Of a DNA stretch of 64,000 nt, positions 1 to 9,449 are shown one piece after another (positions within the stretch are counted from its first letter, which is position 1; every line of letters starts with the position of its first letter). Location: NCBI RefSeq assembly GCF_050920415.1, contig NZ_CP169309.1. One strand, given 5' to 3'. The position numbers and the translations under genes are program-made. The notes beneath the pieces were generated by a model that was given only the letters and a program-made list of their open reading frames with translations, searched no databases and had not been told where the DNA came from. The DNA is from Escherichia coli. GTDB taxonomy: Bacteria; Pseudomonadota; Gammaproteobacteria; Enterobacterales; Enterobacteriaceae.

Positions 1-1877
1 GGTGGCAGAGCGTAGCCGGAACAGCCAAGGAATACCCCGGTGCTCGCTGTGCGAATACCCATTTTGCGACCACAGGTCGGGCAGTCGATGCTGGTCAGAA
101 CCATCTGGTTCGGGCGCATACCCCCCTCTTCGGGATCTTTTTCAGCTTTATCTAACTGCTGGGTGAAATCCGAGAAGAAGTGATCCAGTACAGCTTTCCA
201 CTCTGCTTCGTGATTTGCCACCTGGTCGAGGCTGTTTTCCATCTGTGCGGTGAAGTCGTAGTTCATTAACTCACGGAAATTCTCTTCCAGGCGATCGGTG
301 ACGATTTCGCCCATTTTTTCCGCATAGAAACGACGATTTTCTACTCGCACATAGCCACGATCCTGAATGGTCGAAATGATCGACGCGTAGGTAGACGGAC
401 GACCGATACCGCGTTTTTCCAGCTCTTTAACCAGCGATGCTTCACTGAAACGGGCTGGCGGCTTGGTAAAGTGCTGGGCTGGTGTCAGTTCAACGAGCGT
501 CAGAGCATCGCCTTTATCGACTGCCGGTAAGATACGATCTTCATCGCCTTTACGCAGCGCAGGCATCACTTTCGTCCAGCCATCAAAGCGCAAAATACGA
601 CCGCGTGCTTTCAGGCGGAAATCGCCCGCACCAACGGTCAGCGTCGTGGAGTCATATTTCGCTGGGGTCATCTGGCAGGCAACGAACTGACGCCAGATTA
701 ACTGGTACAGTTTCTGCGCATCTGCTTCCATATCCTTCAGCGATTCCGCCATCACATTGACGTCAGAAGGACGAATCGCTTCGTGCGCTTCCTGTGAGTT
801 TTCTTTGCTGGCGTACTGATTCGGACTTTCCGGCAGATATTTCTTACCAAAATTATCGCTGATATAACCGCGAACCATATTTACTGCGTCCTGACTCAGG
901 TTGGTGGAGTCGGTACGCATGTAAGTGATATAGCCTGCTTCATACAAACGCTGCGCCATCATCATGGTTTTTTTCACGCCAAAACCAAGACGGGTGCTGG
1001 CAGCTTGTTGCAGCGTAGAGGTAATAAAAGGAGCGCCAGGTTTACTGGTTGTCGGTTTGTCTTCACGTTCCAGCACGCTGTAGCGCGCTTTTTCCAGCAG
1101 ACTTACCGCAGCCTGAGTTTGTTCTTTGTTGACCGGGCGGAACGGTTTGTCGTTCTGATGAGTCACCTGCAACGCCAACGCATCACCAGATGGCGTGGTC
1201 GTGCTGGCATCGACTTCCCAGAACTCTTCCGGTACGAACGCTTTAATTTCACGCTCACGCTCGACCACCAGGCGGACCGCCACCGACTGCACACGACCTG
1301 CAGACAGACCACGAGCGATCTTTTTCCACAGCAGCGGCGAAACCATATATCCCACCACGCGGTCCATAAAGCGACGCGCCTGCTGGGCATTAACACGATC
1401 AATATTCAGCTCACCTGGTTTGTTAAATGCCTGGCGGATCGCGTTTTTAGTAATTTCGTTAAACACCACTCGGCTATAGCGCGCATCATCACCACCAATC
1501 ACTTCCCGCAGGTGCCATGCAATGGCTTCCCCTTCGCGGTCAAGGTCGGTTGCGAGATAGATGTGGTCTGCTTTTTCAGCCAGTTGTTTCAGTTCAGAGA
1601 CGACCTTCTCTTTACCAGGCAGCACTTCATAGTGCGCCTCCCAATTGTGCCACGGGTCAACCCCCATACGGTTGACGAGAGCGCCACGTTCATCCTTTTT
1701 AGGCTTTTTAGCCGTCTTGGTGGAGGTAGAGTCGGCACTCTTTTTGGCAGCTGAGCCACTGGTCGGCAAATCGCGGATGTGACCGACGCTGGATTTCACC
1801 ACGTAGTCACTACCCAGATACTTGTTGATCGTTTTGGCTTTTGCCGGGGACTCAACGATGACAAGAGCTTTACCCAT
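1..1877 (-). CDS. topA: DNA topoisomerase I, N-terminal ~625 codons; 3' end runs off the window
   Basis: Reverse complement of 1851-1877 reads ATG GGT AAA GCT CTT GTC ATC GTT GAG (MGKALVIVE), the TopA N-terminus; frame stays open to position 1; synteny with yciN and sohB. Confidence 0.88.
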   Translation of the reverse strand, partial: MGKALVIVESPAKAKTINKYLGSDYVVKSSVGHIRDLPTSGSAAKKSADSTSTKTAKKPKKDERGALVNRMGVDPWHNWEAHYEVLPGKEKVVSELKQLAEKADHIYLATDLDREGEAIAWHLREVIGGDDARYSRVVFNEITKNAIRQAFNKPGELNIDRVNAQQARRFMDRVVGYMVSPLLWKKIARGLSAGRVQSVAVRLVVEREREIKAFVPEEFWEVDASTTTPSGDALALQVTHQNDKPFRPVNKEQTQAAVSLLEKARYSVLEREDKPTTSKPGAPFITSTLQQAASTRLGFGVKKTMMMAQRLYEAGYITYMRTDSTNLSQDAVNMVRGYISDNFGKKYLPESPNQYASKENSQEAHEAIRPSDVNVMAESLKDMEADAQKLYQLIWRQFVACQMTPAKYDSTTLTVGAGDFRLKARGRILRFDGWTKVMPALRKGDEDRILPAVDKGDALTLVELTPAQHFTKPPARFSEASLVKELEKRGIGRPSTYASIISTIQDRGYVRVENRRFYAEKMGEIVTDRLEENFRELMNYDFTAQMENSLDQVANHEAEWKAVLDHFFSDFTQQLDKAEKDPEEGGMRPNQMVLTSIDCPTCGRKMGIRTASTGVFLGCSGYALP

Positions 1878-2256
1878 ATTCACCTTACCTAATTTGATTC
1901 TTCCAGGAATGCGTCGCACGTTGATAAACCTTCCACTGGCAACGAGTTACCGATATGGACTCGTTCTCTGCGGATATCAACCCCTTGTCGTGACTCTGTT
2001 CACGAAAATTCAGGTGACTGAGTTAACAGGTCTTGGCCTACAGGCGCTATAGCACGACGGAATTTTGGTCGAATGTCAAGCAAATCTATTGCCAGATTGA
2101 CGAAAGCGTCACACTGTACCTGATAAAATCCGATACGCAACTTTATTAGCATGCAAAATCCAAAGTTACCAGTAAGGCGCTCTTGCCACCAGCGTGGTAT
2201 ATTTGTCTGCAAGCCATGCCTGGCGTAGACTAATGTCCTTGTTTAAGGAGTAAATA

Positions 2257-2508
2257 ATGAACAAAGAGACACAACCCATCGACCGCGAAACGCTGTTGAA
2301 AGAGGCCAATAAAATCATTCGTGAGCATGAGGATACGCTCGCAGGGATTGAAGCCACCGGCGTCACGCAGCGTAATGGCGTGCTGGTATTTACCGGCGAC
2401 TACTTTTTAGATGAACAAGGATTGCCAACAGCCAAAAGCACCGCGGTGTTTAATATGTTCAAACACCTGGCCCATGTGCTTTCAGAAAAATATCACCTGG
2501 TTGATTAA
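2257..2508 (+). CDS. yciN: Small conserved protein YciN (83 aa)
   Basis: Track [33 protein letters not shown] recognised as YciN; lies between topA and sohB. Confidence 0.8.
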
Positions 2509-2543
2509 AGCAAAACGCGAGGTCTTACCCTCGCGTTTGTCTT

Positions 2544-3593
2544 TTACATCAATGGCTTTTGCCCCCGCTGCCACCAGCGTAGCAACAATCGATCAGCGCT
2601 CTCTGCCGCGCTGCCGGTGAATCGGTCAATGAGTCGTTTACGCTGCATATAGCGTACATTGACCACTTCACGGCCTTCCATCAGGCTAAGAATAACTTCA
2701 TCACTGGTGTTGATTTCATCAACCAGGCCTTTCTCTACCGCCTGTTGTCCGTACCAGTGTTCACCCGTTGCCACCTGTTCAATATCCAGAGACGGACGCA
2801 TACGCTTCACAAAATCTTTAAATAACTGATGCGTTTCGTTCAGCTCTTCGCGGAATTTCTCCCGCCCTTCTTCGGTGTTTTCACCCAGCAAGGTCAGCGT
2901 GCGCTTATACTGCCCGGCGGTGTGCAGTTCGATATCAATATCTTTGCTTTTCAGGAAGCGGTTAAAGTTGGGCATTTGCGCCACCACCCCAATGGAACCC
3001 ACAATAGCAAACGGTGCGGAAACAATTTTGTCCGCCACACAGGCCATCATGTAACCGCCGCTGGCAGCAACTTTGTCTACCGTAACAGTTAAAGGAATGT
3101 TTTTATCACGCAGACGCTGCAGCTGCGAAGCCGCCAGCCCGTAACCATGCACCATGCCACCAGGGCTTTCCAGACGTAGCACAACCTGATCCTGCGGTTT
3201 AAATGCTGCGAGTACCGCCGTTATCTCTTCACGTAGCGAGTTCACTTCATGGGCGTCCATGCTGCCTTTAAAATCCAGCACCCAGACGCGAGGTTTACTG
3301 TCAGTTGCCACCTCGCCCAGTTTGGCTTTCGCTTTTGCGGCTTTCGCTTCTTGCTTGTGCTTTTTCTTCTGCGCTTTATGCCACTGTTTTTGCTGATGAG
3401 TGTCCATCAGCGCCGCGGCCAGTTCTTCTTTCATCTCCTTATACTGTTCGCTGAGATTGTTGACCCGTAACTCGCCACGCTGGCGTTTATTACGTTGAGC
3501 AACATTGACAATAATGGCGGCAATCGCCGCAATCGCTAGCACAACGGTAACGATTTTCGCCAAAAACAAACCATATTCAGACAACAATTCCAC
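2544..3593 (-). CDS. sohB: Inner-membrane peptidase SohB (S49 family)
   Basis: 349-aa ORF with N-terminal membrane helix and S49 peptidase-like body; conserved position. Confidence 0.88.
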   Translation of the reverse strand: MELLSEYGLFLAKIVTVVLAIAAIAAIIVNVAQRNKRQRGELRVNNLSEQYKEMKEELAAALMDTHQQKQWHKAQKKKHKQEAKAAKAKAKLGEVATDSKPRVWVLDFKGSMDAHEVNSLREEITAVLAAFKPQDQVVLRLESPGGMVHGYGLAASQLQRLRDKNIPLTVTVDKVAASGGYMMACVADKIVSAPFAIVGSIGVVAQMPNFNRFLKSKDIDIELHTAGQYKRTLTLLGENTEEGREKFREELNETHQLFKDFVKRMRPSLDIEQVATGEHWYGQQAVEKGLVDEINTSDEVILSLMEGREVVNVRYMQRKRLIDRFTGSAAESADRLLLRWWQRGQKPLM

Positions 3594-3812
3594 GAGTCCC
3601 CACCTTGGTTAAACAACGCTTTGGCTCACAGTTTACAACAGGCATGTTAAGCCGTCTCGCAGAGATGTTATTGCAGCGAAAGTATGACAAAGTATCCATT
3701 TTGCGGTGTTATCGCCCCAGGCTGATTGAAATGCCCTTCTGTTTCAGGCATAAAGCCCCAAAGTCTTAAAGTACACTGGCAGCGCGACAGACAACGTCGT
3801 TGAGGAGTAGCC

Positions 3813-4571
3813 ATGCATTACCAGCCAAAACAAGATTTACTCAATGATCGCATTATCCTGGTGACGGGAGCCAGCAATGGTATTGGTCGTGAAGCCGCGA
3901 TGACGTATGCACGCTATGGTGCGACAGTGATTCTGTTGGGCCGTAATGAAGAAAAATTACGTCAGGTAGCCAGCCACATAAACGAAGAAACTGGGCGTCA
4001 GCCACAGTGGTTTATTCTCGATTTGCTGACCTGCACGTCCGAAGATTGCCAACAACTGGCACAGCGCATTGCCGTTAATTATCCGCGTCTGGATGGTGTT
4101 TTGCATAATGCCGGATTGCTCGGCGATGTTTGCCCAATGAGCGAGCAAAACCCGCAGGTCTGGCAGGACGTCATGCAGGTCAACGTTAATGCCACCTTTA
4201 TGCTCACCCAGGCACTGCTTCCTTTATTACTCAAATCGGACGCCGGTTCACTGGTCTTTACTTCATCAAGCGTTGGACGTCAGGGGCGTGCAAACTGGGG
4301 CGCTTATGCAGCGTCGAAATTTGCCACCGAAGGGATGATGCAGGTACTGGCCGATGAATATCAGCAGCGCCTGCGCGTCAACTGCATTAACCCAGGTGGT
4401 ACGCGCACCGCAATGCGCGCAAGCGCCTTCCCGACCGAAGATCCACAGAAACTTAAAACACCCGCTGATATCATGCCGCTCTACCTCTGGCTGATGGGCG
4501 ATGACAGCCGCCGTAAAACCGGCATGACCTTTGACGCCCAACCGGGCCGTAAACCAGGAATATCCCAATGA
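3813..4571 (+). CDS. yciK: Short-chain dehydrogenase/reductase YciK
   Basis: 252 aa with Rossmann motif VTGASNGIG; 4-bp overlap with btuR suggests an operon. Confidence 0.88.
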   Translation: MHYQPKQDLLNDRIILVTGASNGIGREAAMTYARYGATVILLGRNEEKLRQVASHINEETGRQPQWFILDLLTCTSEDCQQLAQRIAVNYPRLDGVLHNAGLLGDVCPMSEQNPQVWQDVMQVNVNATFMLTQALLPLLLKSDAGSLVFTSSSVGRQGRANWGAYAASKFATEGMMQVLADEYQQRLRVNCINPGGTRTAMRASAFPTEDPQKLKTPADIMPLYLWLMGDDSRRKTGMTFDAQPGRKPGISQ

Positions 4572-5158
4572 GTGATGAACGCTACCAACAGCGTCAGCAG
4601 CGTGTAAAAGATAAAGTGGATGCCCGTGTGGCCCAGGCCCAGGATGAACGCGGTATTATCATCGTCTTTACCGGCAATGGAAAAGGCAAAACCACCGCGG
4701 CATTTGGTACAGCAGCTCGCGCAGTTGGTCACGGAAAAAAAGTGGGCGTCGTGCAGTTTATTAAAGGCACCTGGCCTAATGGCGAACGAAAACTGCTGGA
4801 GCCACACGGCGTTGAGTTTCAAGTGATGGCAACGGGCTTTACCTGGGATACGCAAAACCGCGAATCTGATACCGCAGCCTGCCGTGAAGTCTGGCAACAT
4901 GCCAAACGAATGCTGGCAGATGCTTCACTGGATATGGTTTTGCTCGATGAGCTGACGTATATGGTGGCGTATGACTATTTACCACTGGATGAAGTGGTGC
5001 AGGCGTTAAATGAACGTCCACATCAACAGACGGTGATTATCACGGGTCGTGGTTGTCATCGGGATATTCTTGAACTGGCGGATACGGTAAGTGAATTACG
5101 CCCTGTCAAACATGCGTTTGATGCCGGTGTTAAGGCGCAAATCGGGATTGATTATTAA
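4568..5158 (+). CDS. btuR: Cob(I)alamin adenosyltransferase
   Basis: 196 aa with P-loop GNGKGKTTAAFG; ATGA overlap with the yciK stop. Confidence 0.9.
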   Translation: MSDERYQQRQQRVKDKVDARVAQAQDERGIIIVFTGNGKGKTTAAFGTAARAVGHGKKVGVVQFIKGTWPNGERKLLEPHGVEFQVMATGFTWDTQNRESDTAACREVWQHAKRMLADASLDMVLLDELTYMVAYDYLPLDEVVQALNERPHQQTVIITGRGCHRDILELADTVSELRPVKHAFDAGVKAQIGIDY

Positions 5159-5162
5159 GGGA

Positions 5163-5195
5163 AAGCACCTCAAAAGATCGCCTCTTGAGGTGCTT
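5163..5195. terminator. Hairpin shared by convergent btuR and the 102-aa ORF
   Basis: Perfect 11-bp inverted repeat aagcacctcaa / ttgaggtgctt with 11-nt loop; U-rich flank readable on both strands. Confidence 0.5.
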
Positions 5196-5210
5196 TAATC
5201 ATAATTATAT

Positions 5211-5519
5211 TCAAGCGGCAATAGCAAAACTCAGAATCCGTTTAATCTCATTCAAATGTCCCGGATATGCTTCATGATTCTCAGCGTCAACATCTTCAAT
5301 AAATAATATCAGTTCAGTAATTAACGCATTGGCATCTTCATAACTGATTCCGCTTAACTCTGGCGAAGTTTCAGTACCGTAGTTAATCGTCAGATTGTTC
5401 ATCACCGTGAGGATAAGGATAAAATATTTATGACAAACCTTGCAAGTGGTTTTGTTGCCCAGAGTATTATACAGCATATCAAGTAATGCCAGTATTCTAC
5501 GGTTTTGTACATCGTTCAT
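5211..5519 (-). CDS. Hypothetical 102-aa protein, no signal peptide; second gene of an AT-rich two-gene operon
   Basis: Strong AGGAGG Shine-Dalgarno about 8 nt upstream of ATG; starts 13 nt after the upstream ORF stop; AT-rich codons; no family recognised. Confidence 0.55.
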   Translation of the reverse strand: MNDVQNRRILALLDMLYNTLGNKTTCKVCHKYFILILTVMNNLTINYGTETSPELSGISYEDANALITELILFIEDVDAENHEAYPGHLNEIKRILSFAIAA

Positions 5520-5531
5520 AAAAAGCCCCTC

Positions 5532-6533
5532 CTATAACATTATTCCGCTGGCAATAAGTAATTTCGCCAGCCCCTCAGACGCCTTTAACCCACTAATGAC
5601 CTGTGCGCGTAATATTTCATTTAATCTGTTTTGTTCAGCTGCCGTGCGTGTTTTATTAGTGTATAAACCTTTTAGATAATCACCCTTATCTATAAAGGCA
5701 TTTAAAGCTTCAATCGCGGGCATTGCAGCAGCCGATGCCTGTAGTCTGGTTTCATTCACATTGATTACTGAACTTAGAAACTCCTTCCTGTTTTTCAGAG
5801 TGTTAAACTCTGTATTCTTAGAGTTTTTAGATACCGCATTATAATAAAGCATATTATTATGTACATTCGCAAAGGTATAATTTTCAATCTTATCGCCTTT
5901 TGTATAAATATCATTACGCAAAACAGTCATGTTTTTTATAAGTCTTACCCAATTTTTATCCGCCGTTTTACCTATTTTCCCAGCATTGACCTTTATTATA
6001 TATAACTCGTTGAAATAACTTACTAAATCTTTAACTGCCGCTGCCGATTCAGCTAAATCTTTGCTATGTGAAACATCAAGTAGTGTTTGCGCGTTGTTTG
6101 CGTGATCCAGAGCCTGTTTAAGTAATGTCACTTGCTGACTTTCTGTAGTTTTTATGTCTTCAGTCAAGAGCTCTACATAAGCACTCATGCTATTAATGAC
6201 TTCCATTGAAGCCAGTAGTTTCTCTTTTTCGAATGGGACTAATTGTACTTTATCTGTTTTTTCTTCAGGGGGCCTGCATAATTTTCCACCCTGACCATCG
6301 TTCGCAACATCAATGGTATAATCAGGTCGCAATGCACAATCCGGATTAGTCGCATAAAAATTAACAAGGAAGTTTTCACGAGAAGCATAGTATTGTTTAA
6401 AGAAACTTGCATTCGCCGCAACCGCCTTGTTACCCGCAGTAATAACAGTTTCAGCTTGCTCATTTTTCAATGCTTCAGTTGCACAACCTGAAAGCATTAA
6501 CAGCGATAGAAATAATCCACTATATCTAATCAT
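5532..6533 (-). CDS. Hypothetical lipoprotein (333 aa)
   Basis: N-terminus MIRYSGLFLSLLMLSGC is a signal peptide with lipobox L-S-G-C; +2 residue Ala predicts outer-membrane sorting; GAGGTG Shine-Dalgarno upstream; AT-rich; Asn/Lys-rich, probably helical; no family recognised. Confidence 0.6.
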   Translation of the reverse strand: MIRYSGLFLSLLMLSGCATEALKNEQAETVITAGNKAVAANASFFKQYYASRENFLVNFYATNPDCALRPDYTIDVANDGQGGKLCRPPEEKTDKVQLVPFEKEKLLASMEVINSMSAYVELLTEDIKTTESQQVTLLKQALDHANNAQTLLDVSHSKDLAESAAAVKDLVSYFNELYIIKVNAGKIGKTADKNWVRLIKNMTVLRNDIYTKGDKIENYTFANVHNNMLYYNAVSKNSKNTEFNTLKNRKEFLSSVINVNETRLQASAAAMPAIEALNAFIDKGDYLKGLYTNKTRTAAEQNRLNEILRAQVISGLKASEGLAKLLIASGIML

Positions 6534-6660
6534 AACCCACCTCTTGACGTTGAGTTTATCTCAGATAATTAAATAGTAATGTGGCTATTCCCTGGCATTA
6601 TTCATAAGCAAGTATGAAATTAAATTAAAATACTGCGACTATTTATCATGCTTCAAATGA

Positions 6661-6687
6661 AGAAAAGGCCCCGCAGGGCCTTTATTT
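6661..6687. terminator. Bidirectional hairpin terminator downstream of rluB
   Basis: ggccc-cgca-gggcc stem-loop flanked by A-run upstream and T-run downstream. Confidence 0.6.
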
Positions 6688-6702
6688 AATACTTAACTTA
6701 AA

Positions 6703-7578
6703 TTAACCGTTATTATTACGTCCACCAGAACGACGACCGCCGCTGACCTGGCTGTGACGTTTCACCGCACGACGAATTTGATTCGCCTTCATACGACGAC
6801 GGTCTTTTTCTACAGCAACTTTAGAGCTGGTTTCTGGCGGTAGTTCCACCAGCTCACGCAGATAGTTAGTCTGGGCAAGATCCAGCTCAGTCCAGCCACC
6901 GCGTGGCAGACCTTTCGGCAGTGGGATATCACCGTAACGCACGCGGATCAGACGGCTCACCTGCACACCAACAGCTTCCCAAAGACGACGAACTTCACGG
7001 TTACGGCCTTCGGTCAGAGTAACATTGTACCACTGGTTGATCCCTTCGCCGCCGCTGAACTTAATGGTTTTAAAGGCTGCCGGACCATCTTCCAGCTGCA
7101 CGCCACGACTCAAATCACGCAGTTTCGCGTCGTCAACCTGACCAAATACACGCACGGCATATTCACGTTCAACTTCACGGCTTGGATGCATTAGACGGTT
7201 TGCCAGTTCACCGTCGGTGGTAAACAGCAGGAGACCGCAGGTGTTAACGTCCAGACGACCTACGGCAATCCAGCGTGCACCGCGCAGTTTTGGCAGACGG
7301 TCAAATACCGTTGGACGCCCTTCCGGATCGTTACGGGTACACAACTCACCTTCCGGTTTGTAATAGGCCAGAACGCGACAAATTTGTTCAGCGGACTCAC
7401 GTACCGAAATCAGGTGACCATCGATACGGATTTTCAATCCAGGGGTAATTTCAACACGATCGCCGAGTTTAGCAATTTTGCCATCAACACTCACACGACC
7501 GGCTTCAATAATAGATTCGATTTCACGGCGAGAACCGTGGCCGGCACGCGCCAGCACTTTCTGTAGCTTTTCGCTCAT
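6703..7578 (-). CDS. rluB: 23S rRNA pseudouridine synthase B
   Basis: 291 aa, S4-like N-terminal domain plus RsuA-family body; C-terminal Arg/Gly-rich tail. Confidence 0.9.
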   Translation of the reverse strand: MSEKLQKVLARAGHGSRREIESIIEAGRVSVDGKIAKLGDRVEITPGLKIRIDGHLISVRESAEQICRVLAYYKPEGELCTRNDPEGRPTVFDRLPKLRGARWIAVGRLDVNTCGLLLFTTDGELANRLMHPSREVEREYAVRVFGQVDDAKLRDLSRGVQLEDGPAAFKTIKFSGGEGINQWYNVTLTEGRNREVRRLWEAVGVQVSRLIRVRYGDIPLPKGLPRGGWTELDLAQTNYLRELVELPPETSSKVAVEKDRRRMKANQIRRAVKRHSQVSGGRRSGGRNNNG

Positions 7579-7678
7579 AGAGCTTCCTTTTGGTGTCGCC
7601 TTCCCAGGCGTCGAACAGGAGAATCAATGGCGCAGTAGAGCGCCATTTTAAGGCCGCGTAGTATACAGAGTTAATCAC

Positions 7679-8299
7679 TTATAAAAAAGGCTTCACATCA
7701 CCTACACCTTCACGCAATACGACTGGCGTATCATCGGTGAGATCAATAACCGTTGTCGGTTTCTGCCCGAGATAGCCGCCGTGAATAATCAAATCCACCT
7801 GTTTTTCCAGACGGTCTTTAATTTCTTCCGGGTCAGACTCGGTAAATTCGCTGCCAGGTAGCATCAGTGATGTGGAAAGCATCGGTTCGCCCAATGCTTC
7901 AAGCAACGCCTGCGCAATCGGGTTAGAAGGCACACGCATACCGATGGTTTTGCGTTTTTCCTGCAACAGACGGCGTGGCACTTCCTTCGTCCCCTTCAGG
8001 ATGAAAGTGTAGTTACCCGGCGTATTGTTTTTCATCAAACGAAACGCAACGTTATCGACAAATGAATAGGTCGAGAGTTCAGAAAGATCGCGACACATCA
8101 GGGTAAAGTTGTGACCGTCCGGCAGCTGGCGAATACGACAAATACGCTCCATGGCGTTTTTATCTTCAATTTTACAGCCGAGCGCATAGCCGGAATCAGT
8201 TGGATAAACAATCACCCCGCCTTTACGCACGATCTCCACCGCCTGGTTGATCAGACGTTGCTGCGGGTTATCAGGATGAATATAAAAAAACTGGCTCAT
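7679..8299 (-). CDS. yciO: Sua5/YrdC-family protein YciO (206 aa from MSQFFYIHPDNP)
   Basis: Start at the internal ATG gives the known 206-aa length; ATGA overlap with the trpH stop. Confidence 0.85.
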   Translation of the reverse strand: MSQFFYIHPDNPQQRLINQAVEIVRKGGVIVYPTDSGYALGCKIEDKNAMERICRIRQLPDGHNFTLMCRDLSELSTYSFVDNVAFRLMKNNTPGNYTFILKGTKEVPRRLLQEKRKTIGMRVPSNPIAQALLEALGEPMLSTSLMLPGSEFTESDPEEIKDRLEKQVDLIIHGGYLGQKPTTVIDLTDDTPVVLREGVGDVKPFL

Positions 8300-9177
8300 A
8301 ATTCCCTCTCTGTGGTGTTCTGCGGCTGTTCCCATAGCTGCCAGACGCCTTCAACGCCTGCGGGCAGCCAGAGTTTACGACCCAGTTCGATCCACGGGCA
8401 TGGCTGATGAAAATCAGATCCTTGTGATGCCCATAAATGGTGCTGGCGGGCAAGCGTCGCCAGTTGGGTGCGTTCATTGGGCGATTGCTGGCACTGCGCG
8501 ACTTCCATCGCGTCGCCGTGGTGTTCGGCAAAATGCGCAACCAATCTTTTCAGCCATTTAGCACTAAGATTGTACCGCCCAGGATGAGCAAGCACTGCCT
8601 TACCGCCAGAATGATGAATGACATCAATAGCTTGTTCTATTGTACACCACTGTGGCGGAACGTATCCGGTTTTCCCGCGTGCCAGATATTTTTTAAAGAC
8701 ATCCGCTATTGAACTGGCTTTGCCACATTCAACCAAGAAACGCGCAAAATGACCGCGCGTCACCGCACCGCCCTGCGCCAGTCGTTGCGCGCCTTCCAGC
8801 GCCCCAGGTATTTGCGCTTTTTCAAGTCTTTCGGCAATTAACTTCGCCCGCTGATTGCGCCGTTCTGTCTGCTGCGCGAGGAACTCACTCATTGCCGAAT
8901 GTGCAATATCAATATTCAGCCCGACAATATGAATTTCATGATTTTCCCAGACGGTGGATATTTCCACGCCAGGAATAAGATTCAGTGCCAGTCCTGAACG
9001 TGAAATTTCTTCTCTTGCTGGCGCGATTGCCGCTGTGGTGTCATGGTCGGTGATCGCCAGGGTGCCGACGCGCATCTCGACTGCACGGTGCACCAATGCT
9101 TCTGGCGTCAGGCAGCCATCGGAAGCTGTGGTATGGCTGTGCAGGTCATAAATCACTGCGTAATTCGTGTCGCTCAA
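8296..9177 (-). CDS. trpH: PHP-domain phosphoesterase TrpH/YciV (293 aa if started at TTG)
   Basis: HSHTTASDG PHP motif; track ORF runs to 9258 but a TTG at codon 28 gives the known 293-aa length. Confidence 0.8.
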   Translation of the reverse strand: MSDTNYAVIYDLHSHTTASDGCLTPEALVHRAVEMRVGTLAITDHDTTAAIAPAREEISRSGLALNLIPGVEISTVWENHEIHIVGLNIDIAHSAMSEFLAQQTERRNQRAKLIAERLEKAQIPGALEGAQRLAQGGAVTRGHFARFLVECGKASSIADVFKKYLARGKTGYVPPQWCTIEQAIDVIHHSGGKAVLAHPGRYNLSAKWLKRLVAHFAEHHGDAMEVAQCQQSPNERTQLATLARQHHLWASQGSDFHQPCPWIELGRKLWLPAGVEGVWQLWEQPQNTTEREL

Positions 9178-9251
9178 GGCGCACTCCCGTTTTGGATAAT
9201 GTTTTTGCGCCGACATCATAACGGTTCTGGCAAATATTCTGAAATGAGCTG

Positions 9252-9280
9252 TTGACAATTAATCACCGGACTAGTTAACT
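9252..9280 (+). promoter_or_regulatory. trp promoter: -35 TTGACA, 17-bp spacer, -10 TTAACT
   Basis: Sequence gttgacaattaatcaccggactagttaact read directly. Confidence 0.85.
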
Positions 9281-9286
9281 AGTACG
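9266..9286. promoter_or_regulatory. TrpR operator overlapping the -10 element
   Basis: Palindrome ACTAGTTAACTAGT centred on the -10 region. Confidence 0.8.
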
Positions 9287-9313
9287 CAAGTTCACGTAAA
9301 AAGGGTATCGACA

Positions 9314-9358
9314 ATGAAAGCGATTTTCGTACTGAAAGGTTGGTGGCGCACTTCCTGA
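9314..9358 (+). CDS. trpL: trp leader peptide (14 aa, [14 protein letters not shown])
   Basis: ATG AAA GCG ATT TTC GTA CTG AAA GGT TGG TGG CGC ACT TCC TGA with tandem Trp codons. Confidence 0.9.
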
Positions 9359-9398
9359 AACGGGCAGTGTATTCACCATGCGTAAAGCAATCAGATAC

Positions 9399-9428
9399 CC
9401 AGCCCGCCTAATGAGCGGGCTTTTTTTT
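9399..9428 (+). terminator. trp attenuator (3:4 hairpin plus U-run)
   Basis: agcccgcc-taat-gagcgggc followed by eight T. Confidence 0.9.
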
Positions 9429-9449
9429 GAACAAAATTAGAGAATAACA

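Noticed and set aside
1005-1754. 249-aa plus-strand ORF at the left edge
   Set aside because: Antisense shadow of topA, which occupies the minus strand across 1-1877.
9121-9180. Apparent one-base frame inconsistency in trpH when read by hand
   Set aside because: The ORF track shows both the trpH frame and the overlapping plus-strand frame as continuous through here, so this is almost certainly my transcription error and not a real frameshift.
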